This document shows, in pieces, positions 20,935 to 28,493 of a stretch of 52,478 bases of DNA. Location of the stretch: the IMG/VR virus record IMGVR_UViG_3300025646_000058, positions 1-52,478 of that record; one strand, 5' to 3'. Source of the stretch: a virus. Its lineage: Duplodnaviria > Caudoviricetes. The notes under the pieces are model-generated. The model was not told the DNA's origin. It made no database searches and saw nothing but the letters and a program-made list of their open reading frames with translations. The position numbers and the translations under genes are program-made. Each line of letters starts with the position of its first letter. The stretch's first letter is position 1.

Positions 20935-21477
20935 TTATAATACTAAATATAAATCACCAACAACAGCAGCAAACGGTAAAGTATCAGCAGTTGCTACAAC
21001 ACCAAACTTAGCGTTACCAGCAACAGCAGGAATGTTAATTACTGTTTGTCCTACTACTAAACCACCGAAATCAGTAGTTGTACTTGTTGAAGTAGCTACG
21101 ATTTTTCTAACTAATACGAAGTTAGGTAATCCAGATACATCAGTTCTGATAGTCAAAATTCCTAATGAGTTACCATCTTCATCATAACCGATTTTTGTTA
21201 AATCAGTATCTAATGATTGTGCGCTTTTTACTCTGTTTGTATTTAAAGCAATATCAACAGCCGAACTGTCCTCTACTGTTTGAAATAAAACCTCCGAAGC
21301 TAATACTAAGTCCTCGATAGCAATATCTGCCTCTACTGTATTAGCAAAGCTTTCTGCTTTGTTTTTGTAAGTTACAGAACAAGTAGATGCACCTGTACTT
21401 ACTACTGTGATAATATCTAAATCGTTAATTAAAACTTCATTACCACTAACATCATTTAAAACGTGTAATTTTGCCAT
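20935..21477 (-). CDS. Hypothetical, probable virion protein
   Basis: 180 aa, Val/Thr/Ala-rich, followed by a terminator. Confidence 0.55.
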   Translation of the reverse strand: MAKLHVLNDVSGNEVLINDLDIITVVSTGASTCSVTYKNKAESFANTVEADIAIEDLVLASEVLFQTVEDSSAVDIALNTNRVKSAQSLDTDLTKIGYDEDGNSLGILTIRTDVSGLPNFVLVRKIVATSTSTTTDFGGLVVGQTVINIPAVAGNAKFGVVATADTLPFAAVVGDLYLVL

Positions 21478-21500
21478 TTTGTATTTTTTAAAAGTTTATA

Positions 21501-21764
21501 TTACTCTATATCATTTGTTACCTCTACATCAACACCCTCAAAGTATTTCCATATTACCCTATTCCCATCTTCACGCTTTACCTCAATTATATATCGTTTA
21601 ACCCCATACAACTGTAAGTAATTCTTATCTCTATAAATATCACTTATAGATACCCTTTTCCCCCTCACCATAAACTCCTGACCTAATCTTAAACTAAAGG
21701 CAGTATCCATTCTACCATATACCTTTAATTCATAAATACGACCAGAATCCATATCGTGTAACAT
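21501..21764 (-). CDS. Conserved phage hypothetical protein
   Basis: 87 aa ORF with its own promoter; GQE..I.DI..WK.F pattern. Confidence 0.55.
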   Translation of the reverse strand: MLHDMDSGRIYELKVYGRMDTAFSLRLGQEFMVRGKRVSISDIYRDKNYLQLYGVKRYIIEVKREDGNRVIWKYFEGVDVEVTNDIE

Positions 21765-21781
21765 ACTAATACTTTTTTTAG

Positions 21782-21812
21782 CAAATATATAACAAATTGT
21801 GTAACCTACAAA
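21782..21812 (-). promoter_or_regulatory. Bacteroidota promoter TTTG-N19-TATATTTG with the dispersed motif in its spacer
   Basis: Both elements with 19-nt spacing; motif at 21795-21803. Confidence 0.65.
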
Positions 21813-21972
21813 AATTATATTAAAAAATAAGAGGCTGTTGTATTTGTCCTAGAAATACGGATCATGTTAGCCAATTTCCCCTTATTGTTTATTATTACAA
21901 ATTGTGTTAGTATAAGCAGGTTAAAATCCGTTGGTTTTTATAGTGCAAAATTTTGAATTGCGTAAACAGAGA

Positions 21973-22954
21973 TGTTAGCAGTAATACTACATTTCATCTC
22001 CGATTGAAGTTACTACTGTAAATTCTTTTTCTTTTCTTTTTTCTTCCACCCTCTTTAAAGAAATATTAAAATAATCCATATTATTCTCAATTCCTATAAA
22101 GTTTCTATTGGTATTTATACAAGCAATTCCTGTTGTGCAACTTCCAAATGTATTATCCAAAACAATATCGTTTTCATTACTAAAAGTTTCAATAATATAT
22201 TCTAAAACTCTTAATGGTTTTTGTGTTGGATGAAATCTTAAATCAATATCACTTGAATATTCTTTTGATTTTTGCGGTGTAAATGGTACTCTCCCACTTA
22301 TTATTGATAGTGGGTTTCGCTCTCCTGTATCAACTTTCCTTGTTCTTGTTGTAGGAGAATAAATGGTATTACCAACATATTCATTTTCTTTAAATGTTTT
22401 TCTTTGTGTAATAAACTCTTTTTCCTCAATCAACCATTTTTGTGGATTGTACATGTATTTATTATCAAATGAAAAAACAATTATATTTTCGTGAATTTTT
22501 TGATGTTTTTGGTTTGTTTGCATACCACTACCCGCTTTGTTTTTTAACCAAACAACTTCCTCTTTAAAGCAAGTTATATTAGAATTAATCATTACAGTTG
22601 TAAATGGTTGTGAGCCAAACAATACAATTGGTTTATTTGGCTTTATAATTCGTTTGTATTGTTCCCATAATTTATCAAATGGTATAATTGTATCCCAAGA
22701 ACAACTTGTCGTTCCATAAGGTAAATCACAGCAAATAAAGTCAATACTTTTGTCAGGTATCAATTTCATTTGTTCTATTGTATCTCCGTATCTTAAATCT
22801 ATTGTCATAATTTTATTTTAATATTTTTACCACCACTCAAAAAAAAAAAAAAGAAAAAGGTTCAGTTCTATGAATGAGCATTTGTGGTTAATTACCGTAC
22901 TACTGCTAACAGCGTATAAAAAACATTAAAACGATTTTTTATACGCAAAACGTT
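21973..22954. mobile_element. Integron-cassette-like module carrying a DNA methyltransferase
   Basis: 15-bp inverted ends with 1 mismatch (21973-21987, 22897-22911) and an adjoining AAC..GTT hairpin. Confidence 0.55.
21987..22808 (-). CDS. DNA methyltransferase, N4/N6 beta class
   Basis: Catalytic DLPY, HPTQKP, SAM-binding VLDNTFGSCTT. Confidence 0.9.
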   Translation of the reverse strand: MTIDLRYGDTIEQMKLIPDKSIDFICCDLPYGTTSCSWDTIIPFDKLWEQYKRIIKPNKPIVLFGSQPFTTVMINSNITCFKEEVVWLKNKAGSGMQTNQKHQKIHENIIVFSFDNKYMYNPQKWLIEEKEFITQRKTFKENEYVGNTIYSPTTRTRKVDTGERNPLSIISGRVPFTPQKSKEYSSDIDLRFHPTQKPLRVLEYIIETFSNENDIVLDNTFGSCTTGIACINTNRNFIGIENNMDYFNISLKRVEEKRKEKEFTVVTSIGDEM

Positions 22955-22961
22955 ATTAAAC
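22901..22961. repeat. attC-like hairpin
   Basis: TACTGCTAAC-A-GCGTATAAAAAA-N11-TTTTTTATACGC-AAAAC-GTTATTA; 12-bp perfect stem between AAC and GTT. Confidence 0.6.
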
Positions 22962-23159
22962 ATTTTCAAAACCTGTCATGTTTGCACAATTAAGACATTC
23001 CAACTCAACCAATCCTAACGGTCTTACCGCTATCCATTCATAGGTACATATATCGCACTTTACAGTTGATACTTCGTGAGGTTCATTTTCTAATTGTGTA
23101 GCCATCTCCCTTATTTTTATACGTTTCTTCCTTAATGATTTTATTTTATTAATTATCAA
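22956..23159 (-). CDS. Small zinc-ribbon protein
   Basis: CDIC..CLNC; stop codon abuts the TAAC of the hairpin; start uncertain. Confidence 0.6.
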   Translation of the reverse strand: MIINKIKSLRKKRIKIREMATQLENEPHEVSTVKCDICTYEWIAVRPLGLVELECLNCANMTGFENV

Positions 23160-23176
23160 ATAGTTATGAAAAATAA

Positions 23177-23599
23177 TTAATTTTGCTTAATAACCTTTTC
23201 TGCAAAGATACCATTTCTGTGTAAACATAAACCAATACCAGAACTATCCCATACAGTTAAATTATTATCATTAACTATAATACAAAGTCCACTATAAACA
23301 TATTCCTTATTATCAACCAATGAAATAACTATATCACCTTTATTATACCTCTTATCAATATCATCTGTGCTAATCACTAAATCTTTCTCGATGGCTGCAC
23401 AATTTGAAATCGCCCTCTCCAAATACCACTTCGCCTTCTCCAAATCCTCCCTTACATTATCACTCTTCTTTCCTGCCCTTGATATATACTTAATTACATT
23501 ACCTAAACTAAAATCTAAATTCCAAGCCTCTATTACTTTTATTGCTTCATATACGCTTTCTTTACCACCGTAGTGGTTTGGGTGATTTACTTTTTCCAT
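23177..23599 (-). CDS. DUF3310 family protein (T7 gp1.7-like)
   Basis: VNHPNHY, GNVIKYISRAGKK, EDLEKAKWYL. Confidence 0.85.
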   Translation of the reverse strand: MEKVNHPNHYGGKESVYEAIKVIEAWNLDFSLGNVIKYISRAGKKSDNVREDLEKAKWYLERAISNCAAIEKDLVISTDDIDKRYNKGDIVISLVDNKEYVYSGLCIIVNDNNLTVWDSSGIGLCLHRNGIFAEKVIKQN

Positions 23600-23711
23600 C
23601 GTTTCTAATTGTGTGAGGTTATTAAATTATTACTTCTGATGCTTGTACTAACTGTTTTATTCTACTTTCTTTTCCTATTTTTTTTTTAATCATAATATTA
23701 AATTATTATAC

Positions 23712-24383
23712 CTACACAATTCGCCTACCGAACACATGAACCTGGTGAACCACATAAGCTAACTTACCACCATAGTTTATCTTCTTCACATATCGCTTAT
23801 CAGTTATTACCTCATCTCCCACGTTTATCCCATACTCGTTATCATTAACGCTCTTTACTCTATAATACTTCTCACTCGGTTTCTTATTGTTTAACAAGAT
23901 TAAGGTATCAGACTTTAACTTCTCCTCTTCAATAGCCTCCAATAATACCCACTTATCCACCATTACCTCGCCACGCTCCTTGCACAATTTGAAGTATACA
24001 TTCGTCATACTCATTGTCAAATAATTAACCTTATATGGTATAACATACATATACGCATTACCTACCTTTACCCTGTTGGAAGGATCACACAAACTGTGAT
24101 GGAAGTAACACTCATCACCCTCACTTATATCAACACTCACGGAGCTTACACAATTTGAAATCGCTCTAGGCATCTTCATAACCTCACCCCTAAAACATAT
24201 ATTCATTACATCATCTGGTATATAGTCCTCCCTCATTACACTAAACAAACTATCCTTATACAACTTTATCTTCTCTCCACCCTTACCAACTATCTCCCAA
24301 CTCGCACTATCATCCTCTATATCCCTTACTAACATTAAGTCCTTCGCAAAACTTAAACTGTCTAAATCCTTAAATTCTTTCAT
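23712..24383 (-). CDS. GroES-like co-chaperonin with two GroES-like repeats
   Basis: Two G-D motifs (ISEGDECYFHH, INVGDEVI) and GroES-like ending GGKLAYVVHQVHVFG. Confidence 0.55.
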   Translation of the reverse strand: MKEFKDLDSLSFAKDLMLVRDIEDDSASWEIVGKGGEKIKLYKDSLFSVMREDYIPDDVMNICFRGEVMKMPRAISNCVSSVSVDISEGDECYFHHSLCDPSNRVKVGNAYMYVIPYKVNYLTMSMTNVYFKLCKERGEVMVDKWVLLEAIEEEKLKSDTLILLNNKKPSEKYYRVKSVNDNEYGINVGDEVITDKRYVKKINYGGKLAYVVHQVHVFGRRIV

Positions 24384-24389
24384 ATACGC

Positions 24390-24992
24390 TTAATTTATCC
24401 ATTTAATTACTGTTTCTCCTTTATAACCCTTTTCCCATACATACCAAGCATAAGCTACTGCACTACCCTCCTTTTTCTTACTCTCAAAATCACCATTCTT
24501 TGCACACATTATCCTACTGCTTGATACATACACAATTCGTGGCGGAAACTCCATAAACAACCTCTTCCTCCCCTTACCCTCCATAAACTGTAACTTCAAA
24601 AACATAGCAACCTTCCTACCCTCTGGTATTATACTTAACGCCTTATAGATAAACTCACTCGAATACTTATATGGCGGATTAGTTATTATGTCGCCTTCCC
24701 ATTCCAAATTGTGTAAGCCTAAGAAATCAACTCCACCCTCTCCATATCCCCTATCCACCAAATCCGTACTCCTCACTTCATACCCATTACGCTCAAATAC
24801 CTTACTCAAATGACCCTGACCACAACTACACTCCCATATACGCTCACTAAACGTTTCCTCCCTCAACAACAACTCTGCTGCTATTGGGTCTGTTGCGTAG
24901 AAGTCTAACTCCTCCCTATCCTTGTCTGTGTGATTACTTGCGCCTAATGTCTTATAAACGCTATTACTGTTTCCTGTCCAATCTTTACTCAT
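24390..24992 (-). CDS. DNA N6-adenine methyltransferase (phage type)
   Basis: DFYATDP, IWECSCGQG, IITNPPY, YAWYVW; likely start MSKDW at 24992 because a -7 element at 25021-25028 lies inside the longer ORF. Confidence 0.85.
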   Translation of the reverse strand: MSKDWTGNSNSVYKTLGASNHTDKDREELDFYATDPIAAELLLREETFSERIWECSCGQGHLSKVFERNGYEVRSTDLVDRGYGEGGVDFLGLHNLEWEGDIITNPPYKYSSEFIYKALSIIPEGRKVAMFLKLQFMEGKGRKRLFMEFPPRIVYVSSSRIMCAKNGDFESKKKEGSAVAYAWYVWEKGYKGETVIKWIN

Positions 24993-25316
24993 TTTATTTA
25001 CCTTTAAATTAAACCTGCAACAAAGATAATTACTATTCACCATTAAAAAAATTTTTGCAAAAACGTTTCCTGTATCCATACGGTGGAGAAAGTAGACTTT
25101 ACCCTTGATAATCAGTACTTTACAAAAATCACTTTTTTGCGAAAATTACCCCGAAAATTACAAAACGTTTCCTCTTTTTTACCCTTTATTTGCAAATTCA
25201 AGTATTTTATAATAATTTTACCCCCGACAATTACGCTAATTGACTTGTCGCAGTTCTTTATCTTTATCTAATTTCGGTGATTACTCGGATAATTCAAACA
25301 ATACTGTGGATGTGTT

Positions 25317-25347
25317 GGGTGGGGATTATACGGGGGGCGGGGCGGGG
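25317..25347 (+). other. G-rich island / potential G-quadruplex at the transcription divergence point
   Basis: GGG-T-GGGG-ATTATAC-GGGGGG-C-GGGG-C-GGGG. Confidence 0.6.
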
Positions 25348-25587
25348 CGTGATCCTCGTGGGAAAACGCAAAACTCAAACTGGGTAGGGGTCAAATTGAA
25401 TTTCAAAACTAAACTAACAAACTGATTTTCAGCGGTTTATGATTGAAAAACTAAACATTTGAACGCCTTATTTTATACCACCTCGAACGTGGGTGTAAAA
25501 ACTACCGACTTTTTTTTACGGATAAAAAACTGAAACTCAAGTATTTAGCGAATATATTCCTATTTTAATTTAATTAAACGCTATTAT

Positions 25588-26004
25588 ATGCCATTTGAAA
25601 AAGGGAATAAATACGGCACTAAAAAAACTGTAAAGCCTTATAAAACTAAGCAATTAACAAAACGCAAATTAAACCACAAGCCACGATATAATAATAATAA
25701 CGTTTTAATGTTCCATTCACTTTTGGAAAAAAAAAATGTTCCGAAGGCTTACTTATCTACTATGCTAAACATTAGCACGCCTAAAATAGCAACTAGATTA
25801 ATTAACACGCCTTTAAATCTTACTTTACAACAACTATTAAATATATCCTTCCTGTTAGATATTAATATAAATGATTTAGTTAATGTTATTATAGAGGATT
25901 TGCACTATTTAAATTGTGTATCATCCTCAAATGAACAAATAAAGCCATTTGTATCAGAAGAAGTAAAAATATTACACAATTCAAGCGAATGGTTTAACCG
26001 TTAA
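25588..26004 (+). CDS. XRE/Cro-type HTH protein
   Basis: LLEKKNVPKAYLSTMLNIS..LTLQQLLNISFLLDININDLV pattern; N-terminal MPFEKGNKYG. Confidence 0.65.
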   Translation: MPFEKGNKYGTKKTVKPYKTKQLTKRKLNHKPRYNNNNVLMFHSLLEKKNVPKAYLSTMLNISTPKIATRLINTPLNLTLQQLLNISFLLDININDLVNVIIEDLHYLNCVSSSNEQIKPFVSEEVKILHNSSEWFNR

Positions 26005-26158
26005 ATAACGCTTTTTTTTTTGCGTATATTCAAAAGATCTTTTTTTGTGTTCATACCTTTTTTTCCCCCTTTGCCAGTCAAACGGTATTTTTTTTTAAAA
26101 TTTTTCTCTCTCATTTTCAACTACTTACAAAAATCTTTCAAATTATTTTATGTTTTTA

Positions 26159-26191
26159 TTTGGAATTTAAAAACATTTATTTGTATCTTTG
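26159..26191 (+). promoter_or_regulatory. Early promoter TTTG-N21-TATCTTTG
   Basis: Full Bacteroidota consensus at the head of the small-gene array. Confidence 0.75.
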
Positions 26192-26225
26192 TTTTATCAA
26201 TACGAAACAAATAAAACTTTAAAAC

Positions 26226-26324
26226 ATGAAACAATTAAAAAAACAAAATTCAAGTAAAATTTTTTACGATATATTATTAATGTTAACCGTTTTTGTGATG
26301 GTTATGTTTTTAGCCTACTATTAA
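26226..26324 (+). CDS. 32-aa membrane peptide (MKQLKKQNSSKIFYDILLMLTVFVMVMFLAYY)
   Basis: First ATG after the promoter, A-rich leader, one hydrophobic helix; below the ORF-track cutoff. Confidence 0.55.
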   Translation: MKQLKKQNSSKIFYDILLMLTVFVMVMFLAYY

Positions 26325-26360
26325 CAACAAATAAATTATTAACAATTAAAATTTAAAACT

Positions 26361-26579
26361 ATGGAAAAGGAATTTAAAACACATGGCGCTTATATTTTAA
26401 GCAACACAAACAGTTTATTAATTGAATTATCAAATTGTGGTGACGGTGCGAGGCTTAAATTAAGCGACAAAAACAACGTTGGTAAATGGCAGCAAATTAA
26501 ATATAATAATTTTGGTGATCCGTTTGTTACTTACTATGGAACAAAGTATTATTTAAACGAATTTATAAGAGTTAAATAA
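26361..26579 (+). CDS. Early hypothetical protein
   Basis: ORF preceded by the repeated leader. Confidence 0.75.
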   Translation: MEKEFKTHGAYILSNTNSLLIELSNCGDGARLKLSDKNNVGKWQQIKYNNFGDPFVTYYGTKYYLNEFIRVK

Positions 26580-26589
26580 TTGTGTACCC

Positions 26590-26649
26590 ATGAAAATTAT
26601 TACAATCATTTTATTAACTGTATTAGCAGTATTACAACAAATAAATTAA
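26590..26649 (+). CDS. 19-aa hydrophobic peptide (MKIITIILLTVLAVLQQIN)
   Basis: Fills the gap exactly; signal-peptide-like; may be a remnant. Confidence 0.35.
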   Translation: MKIITIILLTVLAVLQQIN

Positions 26650-26670
26650 TAACAATTAAAATTTAAAAAT

Positions 26671-26856
26671 ATGAAAAGGTATCTTAATTTAAAAACAAAC
26701 TACGGCGTTGAAACAGTTGATCAGATCAACTCAAATGATTTTGAAACTTTAAAAGCTTTTAGGCTTGAATTAAAAAGGCTAGTTAGTGAAAATCATTCGG
26801 CAGGTTTATTGGTTTACACCTCACAAAAGGCAGATAAAAGTTGGAAAAAAAAATAA
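26671..26856 (+). CDS. Early hypothetical protein
   Basis: ORF preceded by the repeated leader. Confidence 0.75.
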   Translation: MKRYLNLKTNYGVETVDQINSNDFETLKAFRLELKRLVSENHSAGLLVYTSQKADKSWKKK

Positions 26857-26883
26857 ATTAATAACACTTTAAAATTTAAAACT

Positions 26884-27126
26884 ATGAAAAAAATAAATGA
26901 TACGTCTAAACTTTATAAAATATACGGTTTAGAATTTCCATTGACTTGCGATTTAGTAGCTAAATTTATTTTTGGCGTAAAAGATAGCGACAACGAAATA
27001 ATAAAAGCAATTAAAAACAATAAAATTTGCGAATATGATTTAAGTAGTTTTTTTATTAACTATGAATACAATTGGCAAAGTGATATTTATTTTATAGAGG
27101 ATTATTTAAGTAAATTAATAAATTAA
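26884..27126 (+). CDS. Early hypothetical protein
   Basis: ORF preceded by the repeated leader. Confidence 0.7.
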   Translation: MKKINDTSKLYKIYGLEFPLTCDLVAKFIFGVKDSDNEIIKAIKNNKICEYDLSSFFINYEYNWQSDIYFIEDYLSKLIN

Positions 27127-27147
27127 TAACAATTAAAATTTAAAACT

Positions 27148-27591
27148 ATGAAAAAGGAAGAAAAAATTAAAAAGGCAATTTTAAGCAACAAAAATTTATT
27201 AAAAAATATAGTTGCAAGCGTTTACGCTGATACTCAAGAAGAAGCTATAAATTATTTTATTGACAATGCACAAAGGTACATTAAAGCAATAAAAGAGGAA
27301 CGTGTAATTTGTAATATTATAAGCGTATCCAAAAGTGGTATGAGTCGTAGGCTTGAATTTAAAGAATTTAGTTATGATACTAAACAAAAAAGGGGCTTTT
27401 TATACCAATTCCATGTATTTTTTAAGTGTTTAGGCTATAAAAATAATGGCAATGGCTTTTTAATTAATGGTTGTGGTATGGATATGGTATTCCACACTAA
27501 TTACACTATCATAAATCAATTGTATCATTTAGGTTTTATTGATAAAGATACTTGTAATATTTTGGCACAAAAAAAGCCTAAATCGGTTTAA
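27148..27591 (+). CDS. Conserved phage hypothetical protein
   Basis: VSKSGMSR and GCGMDM motifs that recur in phage early proteins; repeated leader. Confidence 0.75.
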   Translation: MKKEEKIKKAILSNKNLLKNIVASVYADTQEEAINYFIDNAQRYIKAIKEERVICNIISVSKSGMSRRLEFKEFSYDTKQKRGFLYQFHVFFKCLGYKNNGNGFLINGCGMDMVFHTNYTIINQLYHLGFIDKDTCNILAQKKPKSV

Positions 27592-27606
27592 TAAAATTGT
27601 GTAAAC

Positions 27607-27680
27607 AGTCGAATAAGCGACTATAAAAAGACTTTAGGCTTATTGCGTTTAATGGGGTACTTTGCCCCATTAAGGTAGTT
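27607..27680 (+). ncRNA. Pistol self-cleaving ribozyme
   Basis: P1 AGUCG/CGACU, loop AAUAAG pairing with CUUAUU, AUAAAAAG linker, P2 ACU/AGU, GCGU, P3 hairpin, GGU cleavage site. Confidence 0.9.
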
Positions 27681-27715
27681 AACAAATTGTGTATTAATCT
27701 TAAAAATTAAAAGTT

Positions 27716-27916
27716 ATGGATATTTATTTAATTAAAGACAGTGAAAATTTATATTTTTCACGTAGTTTCAACAAAGAAAAATGGATCAATAATAGAGAAT
27801 TAGCTTATACTTATACGCTTGAGGAAGCAAAACAAATATTTGAATTTTTAAGTAGAATTAAGCAAGATTTAAGCATTGAAAATTATAAAACAAGTGAAGT
27901 AATAATTAAAAATTAA
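27716..27916 (+). CDS. Early hypothetical protein
   Basis: ORF with A-rich leader just downstream of the ribozyme. Confidence 0.7.
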   Translation: MDIYLIKDSENLYFSRSFNKEKWINNRELAYTYTLEEAKQIFEFLSRIKQDLSIENYKTSEVIIKN

Positions 27917-27920
27917 AGTT

Positions 27921-28199
27921 ATGGAATTAATTAATGTAAAAATCGGTACTGCAGAACACAAACTTATTAAAGGTTATAACTATCAAGTAACTTCAAGGTT
28001 TATTGATGATAATATAAGTGGTGAGGTATTTAATTTTGATACTCTAGAAGAGGCTAAAAAGCATTTAGATAATGAAATAAATACGCATATTAATTTGTTA
28101 AGTGAGCTTGAAAATACTTTGTTAAAAGCATTGGAATTAAGTGAACAACTAAATTTAGATATTAGTGAAAATTTACACGAAATTATTGATAATTTATAA
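27921..28199 (+). CDS. Early hypothetical protein
   Basis: Tightly packed ORF; FDTLEEAK motif. Confidence 0.7.
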   Translation: MELINVKIGTAEHKLIKGYNYQVTSRFIDDNISGEVFNFDTLEEAKKHLDNEINTHINLLSELENTLLKALELSEQLNLDISENLHEIIDNL

Positions 28200-28210
28200 A
28201 AATTAAATTT

Positions 28211-28471
28211 ATGGATACTTACATTAAATACAAAAAAATAAAAGATTATCAAAATAAAATAGTAGATAGTTTATCCTATAAATTAAACTTATACCCAAAA
28301 GATAACAACGGTTTAATACATGATAGTATAACAAAAACAATTGAATTTAAAGAGTTAAAAAATAAATTCAATATTGAATTTAAAAAACTGCAAAACATTA
28401 ATAAAATTGGAGTTAAAATGTATAAAAAAGATATTTTAAAAGATATAGAGGAAAAAAGAAAAAAAAAGTAA
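28211..28471 (+). CDS. Early hypothetical basic protein
   Basis: Tightly packed Lys-rich ORF. Confidence 0.65.
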   Translation: MDTYIKYKKIKDYQNKIVDSLSYKLNLYPKDNNGLIHDSITKTIEFKELKNKFNIEFKKLQNINKIGVKMYKKDILKDIEEKRKKK

Positions 28472-28493
28472 TAACCATTAAAATTTAAAAGCC

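Larger units (their letters stand above)
26324..27150 (+). repeat. Four near-identical 34-40 nt gene-leader repeats (AATAAATTAATAACAATTAAAATTTAAAACTATG)
   Basis: Copies at 26324-26363, 26634-26673, 26851-26886 and 27117-27150, each ending in a start codon. Confidence 0.85.

Noticed and set aside
25083-25425. ORFs 25083..25271 and 25240..25425
   Set aside because: Weak starts, low complexity, overlap the IHF-like sites and G island; more likely non-coding
26020-26214. 64-aa Phe-rich ORF
   Set aside because: Produced by T-tracts and overlaps the early promoter
26324-27150. Repeated 34-40 nt units as a CRISPR array
   Set aside because: Spacing is 230-310 nt and filled by ORFs; repeats end in ATG; no cas genes
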